A stretch of 30,891 nt of DNA. Origin: Actinomycetota bacterium (GTDB lineage: Bacteria > Actinomycetota > Actinomycetes > Mycobacteriales > JACQDL01). Positions 1 to 8,177 of this stretch are shown here, piece by piece. The notes under the pieces were generated by a model. It was given only the letters and a program-made list of their open reading frames with translations. It had not been told where the DNA came from and did not search any database. The stretch lies in NCBI GenBank assembly GCA_046724155.1, contig JBKOWA010000243.1:1-30891 (forward strand), written 5' to 3'. Every line of letters starts with the position of its first letter. Within the stretch, counting starts at the first letter, position 1. A program made the translations under genes and the position numbers.

Positions 1-116
1 GGCTGACGGTGCGGTCGAAGGAGGCTACGGCACCGACGCCGGGCACTTCGGGCGACGCTGCTGTTGACCGTTCCCAATCAGGTGCGTACACGTGGCCATC
101 CTTGAACACTGACCGG

Positions 117-887
117 GTGGATCAACGTCAGGGGATCGTGCGGTTGGTCAACGAGGCCATCGGGTCGAAGGCCCTGGGCAGCTACCTGCACGGATCTGCC
201 GTACGCGGCGGGCTCAAGCCCGCCAGCGATGTGGACGTCCTGGTCGTCACTCGGCAGGGCATGGACGATCGGGAACGGCGCGCGCTCGTCGACGGGCTCC
301 TCCCGATCTCCGGCCCACGGGTCGGTGCGCGGTCGATCGAGCTCACCGTCGTGGTCCAGTCCGAGGTCCGGCCCTGGCGGTACCCACCGACCGCCGACTT
401 CCGGTACGGCGACTGGCTACGCGAACAGATCGAGGCCAACGGTCCCCCGCAGCCGGCGCCGATGCCCGACCTGGCCATCGTGATCGCCCTGGCGCTGGCC
501 GGTGACCGCCCACTCGACGGCCCTCCACCGGCCGAACTCCTCGACCCGGTTCCGCCCGCCGACGTGCTCCGCGCAAGCCTGGCCGGCATCCCGGACCTGC
601 TCCATGACCTGCCCGGTGACACCCGCAACGTCGTGCTGACCCTCACCCGCATCTGGACCACGCTCGCCACCGGCGAGATCCGGTCCAAGGATGCCGCCGC
701 CGACTGGGCCCTCGCGCAGCTCCCGCCCGAACACCGAGCGGTCCTCGCGCACGCCCGGCAGCTGTACCTCACCCGGCGGTACACCGAGGAGACCTGGACG
801 GACGAACTCAAGGCGCAGGTCCGTCCGCACGTGGATGTGGTCCTCACCGAAATCCACAAGCTGGCCGTCAAGGAGAACTACAGGTAG
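117..887 (+). CDS. aadA: Aminoglycoside adenylyltransferase, AadA/ANT(3'')/ANT(9) family (nucleotidyltransferase + DUF4111-type C-terminus)
   Basis: Motif YLHGSAVRGGLKPASDVDVLVV (GS..D.D), RSIELTVV, DFRYGDWLR, DTRNVVLTLTRIWTTLATGEIRSKDAAADW. The ORF is open from 9, but GTG at 117 gives a length typical of the family. Confidence 0.85.
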   Translation: MDQRQGIVRLVNEAIGSKALGSYLHGSAVRGGLKPASDVDVLVVTRQGMDDRERRALVDGLLPISGPRVGARSIELTVVVQSEVRPWRYPPTADFRYGDWLREQIEANGPPQPAPMPDLAIVIALALAGDRPLDGPPPAELLDPVPPADVLRASLAGIPDLLHDLPGDTRNVVLTLTRIWTTLATGEIRSKDAAADWALAQLPPEHRAVLAHARQLYLTRRYTEETWTDELKAQVRPHVDVVLTEIHKLAVKENYR

Positions 888-930
888 AGCGCACGATCTG
901 GTGGTGGGGGGCGTGCCCCGGCTTCCGCCA

Positions 931-1108
931 CCGCCCCGACGCCACCGGAGGTTCCCGCCCAGCTCAACCCGCCGACCGCGCCCGAACTGCCGACCCAGCG
1001 GAGCAACCCGTGGAGAGCCTCGGCGCGTCGCGTGGCTGCTCGGCCCTCCGGCTCTATAGCATCTGCGCTATGACTTGGGGTACTGTGGAACTGGAGCCGG
1101 AGGTGCGG
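931..1108 (+). repeat. Left copy of a diverged direct repeat (TA promoter + toxin 5' end); partner at 29723-29873
   Basis: Shared blocks CCGCCCCGACGCC, CTGCCGACCCA, GGAGAGCC, GGCTGCTCGG, GCTCTATAGCATCTGYGCTATG and GTGGAACTGGAGCCGGAGGTGCGG occur in the same order at both loci. Confidence 0.9.
1056..1071. promoter_or_regulatory. Putative antitoxin operator overlapping the -10 region and start codon of the TA operon
   Basis: Inverted repeat ATAGC-atctgc-GCTAT overlaps a TATAGC -10-like hexamer and the ATG at 1070. The copy at 29821-29836 is a perfect ATAGCA-tctg-TGCTAT. Confidence 0.6.
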
Positions 1109-1421
1109 GAATGGTTGGAGCAACTGCCCACACATCTGTTCGCGACGGCGGCGTTCCACATCGACCTGTTAGCCGAGGACGGCGTGCTGCTGGGGGAGCC
1201 GTACACGAGGCAGCTCGACGGCAAGCTGCGCGAGTTACGGTTCTACCCGTCCGGACCGCCAGGCCACCCGGATCACCTACTGGGTGGCACCTGGCCGGCG
1301 GATCGTGCTGCTGACCATCTTCGGCAAGACCAGGATGCGCGAACAGGGCGAGATCAGCCGTGCCCGGCGGGTGCTCGCGCGCTGTATGGCCGAACAGCAC
1401 GTGGTAGATGAGGAGGTCTGA
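1070..1421 (+). pseudogene. Frameshifted RelE/HigB-superfamily (phage Gp49/DUF891-like) toxin
   Basis: Frame of 1070 reads MTWGTVELEPEVREWL...LLGEPYTRQLDGKLRELRFY. After about 1247-1253 the family-like sequence DRQATRITYWVAPGRRIVLLTIFGKTRMREQGEISRARRVLARCMAEQHVVDEEV* continues in the +1 frame to TGA 1419-1421. Confidence 0.8.
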
Positions 1422-1423
1422 GC

Positions 1424-1723
1424 ATGGCCGAGCGGAGTGACTGGGAGTCGGTGCGCGACCGGCGCATGGACGAGCCTGGAGCCCGGGCAGCGTACGAGGC
1501 CGCCCGGCGGGCGCACGAGCTTGGCCGCACTGTCCGCGAGCTGCGGGAGCAGCGGGGCTGGAGCCAGGCGGAGCTGGCCGGCGGTGCCGGTATGACGCAG
1601 TCCGCCGTGGCTCGCTTCGAGGCAGGCGGCATCGTCCCGACCCTGCCCGTGCTGGAACGGCTCGCCGGAGCGCTGGATGCCGAGCTGGTCGTCCAGGTCA
1701 GACCGCGAGAACACGTCGCCTGA
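1424..1723 (+). CDS. XRE-family HTH antitoxin (HigA-like)
   Basis: VRELREQRGWSQAELAGGAGMTQSAVARFEAGGIVPTLPVLERLAGAL is a classic Cro/C1 HTH. GGAGG RBS; directly follows the toxin. Confidence 0.9.
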   Translation: MAERSDWESVRDRRMDEPGARAAYEAARRAHELGRTVRELREQRGWSQAELAGGAGMTQSAVARFEAGGIVPTLPVLERLAGALDAELVVQVRPREHVA

Positions 1724-1729
1724 GAGGGG

Positions 1730-1745
1730 CGGCGGCGCGCCGCCG
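1730..1745. terminator. GC hairpin between convergent genes, possible terminator
   Basis: Perfect palindrome CGGCGGCGCGCCGCCG just after the antitoxin stop. No 3' U-tract. Confidence 0.3.
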
Positions 1746-1789
1746 AAAATGCTCACCGGGTAATCCTGCTGGCTACTCCGGTCAGGTGG

Positions 1790-2521
1790 TCACGGCCGGA
1801 GTGCGGCGGCGCGCAGCTGCTCGTAGTACGGCAGGTGGTAATCGCAGTGGGCCTGCAGCACCGGGTTCGCGGCGACCACTTCAGCCCGGCTGCCCGCCTC
1901 GCGCGTGAAGCCGGCGGTCCGGCTGGTCGACTCGTGCCACCGGCTGGTCGCCTGCCATTCCGACCGCATACCCGGCTGCCAGCTCAGCGCGTCCGGCAGG
2001 AAGGGGATGCCCACCGCCTGGCAATACGCCTCCACGGTGCCGGCCGGCCGGTCGAGCAGGTCGTCCGAGTCGATCACTACCGGCGTGGTGCCGGTGGCGG
2101 CTCGTACGGCGTTGAAGATCTCGTGCAGCCAGGCGAAGCCGACTTCGTCGCGGCCAAGGTCCGGGTTGAGCTTGTAGTGCGACGCGATGGCCTCGACCGG
2201 GTGGCGGATGATGAAGGTGTGTGTCGCGGCCGCAAGGAAGGCCTGGTCGGCGAGCAGCGCCGGGTAGTGGAAGTCCGTGGTGTCCTTGAAGAACACCGGC
2301 TTCTCCGCCGCGATGGCACGCAGCGCCGCGAGCACGTCCTGCTCGGTGCGCGCGACCCGGTCGCCGACCTTCACCTCGCCGAAGTCGACCACTTGCGAGA
2401 ACGGCTCGTGCACGACGACGCGGTCGTCCCGCTCCGCCATCATCCGCGCGAACGCGGTGGAGCGGCAGCGCGGCGCGCTCCACAGTGCGAGCACCGGGAT
2501 CCGCTCTGGCCTGTGCTCCAC
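1790..2521 (-). CDS. Sulfotransferase-family protein (P-loop-like, PAPS-dependent)
   Basis: LALWSAPRCRSTAF (5'-phosphosulfate loop), VVHEPF, VFFKD, FIIRHPVEAIAS, VVIDSDDLL, YCQAVGIPF. GTG at 2521 follows a GGAAGGGG RBS. Confidence 0.8.
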   Translation of the reverse strand: MEHRPERIPVLALWSAPRCRSTAFARMMAERDDRVVVHEPFSQVVDFGEVKVGDRVARTEQDVLAALRAIAAEKPVFFKDTTDFHYPALLADQAFLAAATHTFIIRHPVEAIASHYKLNPDLGRDEVGFAWLHEIFNAVRAATGTTPVVIDSDDLLDRPAGTVEAYCQAVGIPFLPDALSWQPGMRSEWQATSRWHESTSRTAGFTREAGSRAEVVAANPVLQAHCDYHLPYYEQLRAAALRP

Positions 2522-2621
2522 GGTTCCCCTTCCCTCTGGCGCGACTGGTGCACCAGGCGGAAAGCGCGGTGAACTACCGGGGCACGTAGTCGGAATTCGG
2601 TCAAGACTAGCACGGGCGGCG

Positions 2622-2747
2622 CCCGGGCGGGGTAAGCAAAATACGTAGCAGCGGGGCGCGAAGTCAACGCAATGCGTCCCGGCGGATGAGCTTGTCGCGG
2701 ACGCGCATGGTGTCGGCGTACCCGTAGCGTCCCTTTCGGCGCGGCAG
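2622..2747. promoter_or_regulatory. Divergent promoter region element, duplicated (inverted) at 15461-15586
   Basis: On the - strand TTGACT-N18-TATTTT faces the sulfotransferase. The palindrome ACGCA-A-TGCGT (2667-2677) abuts the -35. TGAGCTTGTCG at 2687-2697. Confidence 0.6.
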
Positions 2748-2794
2748 TTCATTTGTGCCGCCTGGTCAACCGGTGGCCCTACTGCGGAGGTCAC

Positions 2795-3673
2795 GTGTCA
2801 TCGACACCAGCGCACCCGGGTGCCGGGAGGATCGCCGTACTCGCCAGCCGGGTCGGCGCGGACGAGAAACGGCTGTTCGACGCACTCGGCCGGCGCGGTG
2901 TCCCCTTCGACCACGTCGACACGCGCGGACAGTGGTTCCTGGCCGGGCAGTGTGACCTGGCCTGGAGTCTCGTGCTGAACCGGGAGATCGGCCAGGTCCG
3001 TGCGGCATACGCAGCCCGCTGCCTCGCCTCGGCGGGAGTCGAGGTGGTCAACAACGCGGACGCGACCGAGGTGTGCGGTGACAAATGGCGCACCACGATG
3101 GCACTGCAGGCGGCCGGGGTTGCGACACCACGCACCGCGCTCGGCCTCACCCCGAAGGCCGCGCTGGCCGCGCTGGACTCCATCGGCTATCCGGCGGTGG
3201 TCAAACCACTGGTCGGCTCGTGGGGTCGGCTGGTGGTTCGGCTGCCCGACCGCGCCGCTGCGGAAGGTGTGCTCGAGTACGTCGCCGCGCTGCCCGGCCC
3301 GCAGTCGCACCTCGGGTACGTGCAGGAACTGGTCGACAAGCCCCGCCGGGACATCAGGGCGATCGTGGTCGGTGGCGACCTGCTGGGCGCCGTCTACCGG
3401 ACGGGTGAGCTGTGGCGCACCAACGTGGCGCTCGGCGCGCGGACCCAGCCGTGCGAGGCGACACCGGAGATCACCAAGCTGTCGGTCGACGCTGCCGCCG
3501 CCGTCGGCGCCGACATCGCCGGCGTCGACCTGGTCGAGGACCGCGACGGCCGGCCGCTGGTGCTGGAGGTCAACCACCGGGTCGAGTTCACCGGCTTCCA
3601 GACCGCGCTCGCCGACCGGGTCGATGTCGCGGACCGCATCGTCGAACACCTACTGGAACGAGCGCAACGATGA
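2795..3673 (+). CDS. lysX: LysX/RimK-family ATP-grasp ligase (loads glutamate on the amino-group carrier protein)
   Basis: CGDKWRTTMAL, PAVVKPLVGSWGRLV, YVQELVDKPRRDIR, WRTNVALG, VLEVNHRVEF. GGAGG RBS before GTG 2795; lysW is in the same cluster. Confidence 0.9.
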   Translation: MSSTPAHPGAGRIAVLASRVGADEKRLFDALGRRGVPFDHVDTRGQWFLAGQCDLAWSLVLNREIGQVRAAYAARCLASAGVEVVNNADATEVCGDKWRTTMALQAAGVATPRTALGLTPKAALAALDSIGYPAVVKPLVGSWGRLVVRLPDRAAAEGVLEYVAALPGPQSHLGYVQELVDKPRRDIRAIVVGGDLLGAVYRTGELWRTNVALGARTQPCEATPEITKLSVDAAAAVGADIAGVDLVEDRDGRPLVLEVNHRVEFTGFQTALADRVDVADRIVEHLLERAQR

Positions 3674-4758
3674 ACCGGGCCTTCACTTCGTCCGGCGATG
3701 TCACCGAGACGTACGCCGTCGGGCTGCTGCGCGGGATGCTGGAGATCCCTTCCTCGTCCTACCAGGAGCGCGCGCTGGCCGACTTCCTGGCCGAGGCGAT
3801 GGCGGACCTGGGGTTCCGGGCGCACATCGACGTGGTGGGCAACGTCATCGGCGTGATCGAACGCGGCGACGGCCCGACACTGATGCTGCTGGGGCACCTG
3901 GACACCATCCCGGGCCAGCTCCCGGTCCGCTCCGAGGACGGCAGGCTCTACGGCCGCGGCGCGGTGGACGCGAAGGGACCGCTCGCGGCGATGATCTGCG
4001 CCGCGGCCAGCGCGGTGGACTTCCCCGGCCGGATCGTGGTGATCGGCGTCGTGGAGGAGGAGACCCCGCGCTCCCGTGGGGCGATGGCGATCCGAGCCAC
4101 CCATGACCGGCCGGACGCGCTGATCGTCGGCGAACCGAGCGGCTGGTCGAGCGTGGTGCTCGGCTACAAGGGCAAGCTCGACCTGCGCTACACCGTCAAG
4201 TGCCCTGCCACCCACCCGAGCAACCCGGCGCCGAAGGCGTCCGAACTGGCCGTCGGCTGCTGGGCCGCGCTGGTCGACCTGCTCGGGCCGGACGCCGGCC
4301 ACGACGTGTTCGCCCGGCCGGGCGCGACGCTCTGCCGGCTCAACGCCGATCTGACCTCGGCGACGGCGGACCTCAGCGTCCGCACCCCACCGGGATTCGA
4401 CGTCGACACGCTGGTGCGCAGGCTGCGTGACCGCCTGCCGGTCGGCGAACTCGAAGTGCTGAACTCGGTGGCGGCCTGCCGGGTGGGCCGGGCCGACCCG
4501 GCGGTCCGCGCGCTGGTGTCCGGTATCCGGCGGCTGCACGCCCACCCCCGGCTGCTGGTGAAGACAGCCACCTCGGACATGAACACCCTCGCCGAGGTCT
4601 GGGACATGCCGATGGCGACCTACGGCCCAGGCGACAGCAGGCTCGATCACGCCGACACCGAGCACATCATGCTGTCGGACTACCTGCGAGGCATCGACGT
4701 GCTGTCCATTGCCGTCTCGGAGCTCGCGCCCTGCCCGCCCGCTCGGACAACCGGGTGA
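3670..4758 (+). CDS. lysK: LysK/ArgE-like M20 hydrolase (releases product from LysW)
   Basis: LLGHLDT, LYGRGAVDAKGP, VEEE, IVGEPSG, YGPGDSRLDH. ATGA overlap with the lysX stop. Confidence 0.88.
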   Translation: MNRAFTSSGDVTETYAVGLLRGMLEIPSSSYQERALADFLAEAMADLGFRAHIDVVGNVIGVIERGDGPTLMLLGHLDTIPGQLPVRSEDGRLYGRGAVDAKGPLAAMICAAASAVDFPGRIVVIGVVEEETPRSRGAMAIRATHDRPDALIVGEPSGWSSVVLGYKGKLDLRYTVKCPATHPSNPAPKASELAVGCWAALVDLLGPDAGHDVFARPGATLCRLNADLTSATADLSVRTPPGFDVDTLVRRLRDRLPVGELEVLNSVAACRVGRADPAVRALVSGIRRLHAHPRLLVKTATSDMNTLAEVWDMPMATYGPGDSRLDHADTEHIMLSDYLRGIDVLSIAVSELAPCPPARTTG

Positions 4759-4790
4759 CCGGTGCGCCGCTTCCCGAAAGGAGTCTGTCG

Positions 4791-7700
4791 ATGACCGACA
4801 TGACCCAGCGCCTCGCCGCGTTACCCGCGGAGCGCCGTGCGCAGTTCCTCGCGCAGCTGAGGGCGCAGGCGGAGGACGCGGCCGGACAAGGCCCGACGCC
4901 ACGCGGGGACACCGGTCCGGCACCGCTGTCGCACGCGCAGGAGACCTTGTGGTTCCTCAACCGCCTGGCGCCGGACAGTCCCACCGACAACGTGCCCTGG
5001 TGCACCCGGCTGCAGGGTGACCTGGACGTGAGCGCGTTGCGTTCGGCGCTGGCCGCGGTCGTGGCCAGGCACGAGGCGCTGCGGACCGCGATCGTGGCGC
5101 GCGAGGACGGCCCGGTGCAGGTGGTCGCCCCCGAGGTCCCGGTCGAGCTGCCGCTGGTCGAGGTGGCCGGTGACGACGACGAGCAGCGGCTCGCCGCCGC
5201 GCGGGCGCTCGTCGACGAACGGGTCAGAGCACCGTTCAACCTCGGCAGGATGCCGATGTGGCGCGCGGTGTTGGTCAGGGTGGCGCCGGACGACCACCTG
5301 TTCCTGTTCGACGCGCACCACATCGCGTTCGACGACTGGTCGCTCGGTGTGCTGACCGGCGAGCTGGCCGAGGTCTACCGGTCGCTGCGCGACGGCGACG
5401 AACCGCAGCTGCCCGATCTTCCGGTGCAGTACCCGGACTACGCGGTGTGGCAGCGCGACCGGCTCGACAACGGCGAGCTGGACAAGCTGGCCACGCACTG
5501 GCGGGACACGCTGGCGGGCGCCGAGGTGCTGGAGTTCCCGACCGACCGGCCACGTGGCGACGCGCAGACCTTCGCCGGCGGCGTCGGCAGTTTCACGGTC
5601 GGTCACGAGGGCCTGGAGCGGGCGAGGGAGCTGGCCCGAGAGGAGGGCACGACCCCGTTCGTCGTCCTCGTCGCCGCGTTCTTCACCCTGCTGCACCGCT
5701 ACTGCGGCCTGGACGACCTGGTGATCGGCTCGCCGGACGCGAACCGGCGGCACGACGCCGTGTCATCGATGTTCGGATTCTTCGTCAACATGATGGTGTT
5801 GCGCGGGGACGTCTCCGGCGACCCGACCTTCCGCGAGCTGGTCCAGCGGGTCAGGCGCGTGGCGCTGGACGCGCACGCGCACGGCGACCTGCCGTTCAAC
5901 AAGCTGGTCGACGCCGTGAACCCGACCCGCGACCCCGCACGCTCACCGGTCTTCCAGATCGTGTTCGCCCAGCAGGACGCGGGTACCACGACCGGCCTGC
6001 CCGGACTCGTGACGTCGGAGGAGGCGGTCCGGGTCGGCACCTCCCGGTTCGACATGAGCTGGAACGTGCAGGGGGCAACGGCTCCCGGCGCCGACGCGCT
6101 GCTGGGCATCGACGGGCTGCTGGGCACCGACGCGCTGCTGGGCATCGACGGGCTGCTGGGCATCGAGTTCAACACCGACCTGTTCGACGGCGAGAGCATC
6201 GCCAGGTTCGCCCGGCACTACGACGGACTGCTGCGCACCCTGACCGCCGACCCGGACGCCCCGTTGTCCGCCGCGGACGTGCTGAGCCCGGCGGACAGGG
6301 AGTTCCTCGCCGAGGTCAGCAGCGGGCCGGCGCGGCCGGTACGCGAAACCACTGTCGTGGAACAGTTCGAGGCGCGCGTCGAGGAGTCTCCGGACAGCGT
6401 GGCGGTCGTCGTCGAGGACATCGAGACCAGCTACGCCGAGCTCAACGCCCGGGCGAACCGGCTCGCAGCCCTGCTGCGCGAGCGCGGCGCCGAGCCGGGC
6501 ACGAGGATCGGCCTCTGCCTGCGCAGGAACGTGGACCTGCCGGCAGCGATGCTCGCGGTGCTCAAGACCGGCGCGGCCTACGTGCCACTCGACCCGGCGC
6601 ATCCCCCCGCGCGGGTCGCGGAGATCGCCGCCGACGCGGGTGTACGCGCGGTGGTCGCGCACGCCGACGTCGCCGGGACCGTGAGCGCGGTCACCGCGCC
6701 CGTCGTGGTGCTGGACGACATCCGCGCGGAACTGGCGGCGATGCCCGCCCCAAACCCCCCGCTCGCCGCGAAACCCGGCGGCGTCGCGTACATCATCTAC
6801 ACCTCCGGCAGCACCGGCAGGCCGAAGGGTGTACTGCTCGAACATCGCGGCGTGGTCAACTTCGCCGACTCCACGCGGGACCTGTTCGACCTGACACCGG
6901 ACGACCGGGTGCTCGGGTTCGCGTCGGTCACCTTCGACGTCTCGGTGTTCGAGACGTTCTCCGCGTTGCTGACCGGGGCACGCCTGTGCCTGGCGACCGA
7001 CGACGAACGGCTGTCCATCGACCGGCTCCAGTCGCTGATGGAACGAGCCGGCATCACCGTCATCGACCTGCCGCCGACCGTGATGCCGTTGCTGACGCCG
7101 GAGAGGTTCACCGACCTGCGGATCGCGTTCGTCGGCGGTGAGGCGTTCAGCGGCGAACTGGTGAACCGGTGGAACCGAGGCAGGCGGCTGTTCAACGGCT
7201 ACGGGCCGACCGAGTGCACGGTGACGATGATCGTCGAGGAGTGCGCGGGCACCTGGGACGCCTCGCCGCCGATCGGCCTGCCCATGGCCAACCACGTCGC
7301 GCACGTGCTGGACCGCGAGTTCCGCCAGGTGCCGGTCGGCGTGCCGGGCGAACTGGTGATCGGTGGTGCCGGGCTGGCGCGCGGTTACCTCAACCGCGCC
7401 GAGCTGACCGCGGAGAAGTTCGTCACCGACCCGTTCGGCACCGCGCCGGGCGGGCGGTTGTACCGGACCGGAGACCTGGTGAAGCGGCTGCCGGACGGGC
7501 GGCTGGTCTTCCTCGGCCGGCTCGACCAGCAGGTCAAGATCCGCGGCCTGCGGATCGAGCTGGGCGAGGTGGAGTCGGCGTTGGCCGGCGTCGCCGGAAT
7601 CGGGCCGGTCAGCGTGCAGCCGTGGACCGACGACGCCGGTGACAAGCACCTGGTCGGCTACCTGACGGGCGTCACCGAGCAGCAGGTGCCGGCGGTGCGC

Positions 7701-8177
7701 GAGCATCTCGGCACGCTCCTGCCGTCGTACATGATCCCGTCGTACTTCGTTGTCCTCGACGAACTTCCGCTCACCAGCAGCGGCAAGGTCGACTGGCGCA
7801 GGCTGCCCGCGCCGGACCCGAGCTCGGCGGGCGACGGGTCAGGCGGCGAACCGCGTACCGCGACCGAACGGGTGCTGCTGCGCGAAGTGCTCACCCCGCT
7901 GCTGCGCTACGACCGGCTCGGCGTGCACGACGACTTCTTCCAGGCCGGCGGCAACAGTCTCCAGGCCGCTCAGCTGATGTCGGCGATCAACCGCAGGTTC
8001 GAGGTGGAGATCGCGCTCGCCGACTTCTTCGTCGCACCCACCGTCGCGCACCTGGCCACCATCATCGACACCGTCCGCGCCGCGCGACTCAGTGACGACG
8101 ACCTGCTCGACATGCTGGAGAGCATGTCCGACGAGGAGGCGGTCCGGATGTTCGACGACCTGGACGGCCGGTCATGA
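4791..8177 (+). CDS. Single-module NRPS, C-A-T
   Basis: C domain with LSHAQETLWF, RHEALRT, HHIAFDD (5316-5336). A domain with YIIYTSGSTGRPKG, FDVS, NGYGPTE, GELVIGGAGLARGY, LYRTGDL, QVKIRGLRIELGEVE. T domain FFQAGGNSL (Ser 7956-7958). GAAAGGAG RBS before ATG 4791. Confidence 0.95.
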   Translation: MTDMTQRLAALPAERRAQFLAQLRAQAEDAAGQGPTPRGDTGPAPLSHAQETLWFLNRLAPDSPTDNVPWCTRLQGDLDVSALRSALAAVVARHEALRTAIVAREDGPVQVVAPEVPVELPLVEVAGDDDEQRLAAARALVDERVRAPFNLGRMPMWRAVLVRVAPDDHLFLFDAHHIAFDDWSLGVLTGELAEVYRSLRDGDEPQLPDLPVQYPDYAVWQRDRLDNGELDKLATHWRDTLAGAEVLEFPTDRPRGDAQTFAGGVGSFTVGHEGLERARELAREEGTTPFVVLVAAFFTLLHRYCGLDDLVIGSPDANRRHDAVSSMFGFFVNMMVLRGDVSGDPTFRELVQRVRRVALDAHAHGDLPFNKLVDAVNPTRDPARSPVFQIVFAQQDAGTTTGLPGLVTSEEAVRVGTSRFDMSWNVQGATAPGADALLGIDGLLGTDALLGIDGLLGIEFNTDLFDGESIARFARHYDGLLRTLTADPDAPLSAADVLSPADREFLAEVSSGPARPVRETTVVEQFEARVEESPDSVAVVVEDIETSYAELNARANRLAALLRERGAEPGTRIGLCLRRNVDLPAAMLAVLKTGAAYVPLDPAHPPARVAEIAADAGVRAVVAHADVAGTVSAVTAPVVVLDDIRAELAAMPAPNPPLAAKPGGVAYIIYTSGSTGRPKGVLLEHRGVVNFADSTRDLFDLTPDDRVLGFASVTFDVSVFETFSALLTGARLCLATDDERLSIDRLQSLMERAGITVIDLPPTVMPLLTPERFTDLRIAFVGGEAFSGELVNRWNRGRRLFNGYGPTECTVTMIVEECAGTWDASPPIGLPMANHVAHVLDREFRQVPVGVPGELVIGGAGLARGYLNRAELTAEKFVTDPFGTAPGGRLYRTGDLVKRLPDGRLVFLGRLDQQVKIRGLRIELGEVESALAGVAGIGPVSVQPWTDDAGDKHLVGYLTGVTEQQVPAVREHLGTLLPSYMIPSYFVVLDELPLTSSGKVDWRRLPAPDPSSAGDGSGGEPRTATERVLLREVLTPLLRYDRLGVHDDFFQAGGNSLQAAQLMSAINRRFEVEIALADFFVAPTVAHLATIIDTVRAARLSDDDLLDMLESMSDEEAVRMFDDLDGRS
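6093..6164 (+). repeat. In-frame 4 x 18-nt tandem repeat inside the NRPS C domain
   Basis: GACGCGCTGCTGGGCATC GACGGGCTGCTGGGCACC GACGCGCTGCTGGGCATC GACGGGCTGCTGGGCATC, encoding DALLGI DGLLGT DALLGI DGLLGI. Confidence 0.95.
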
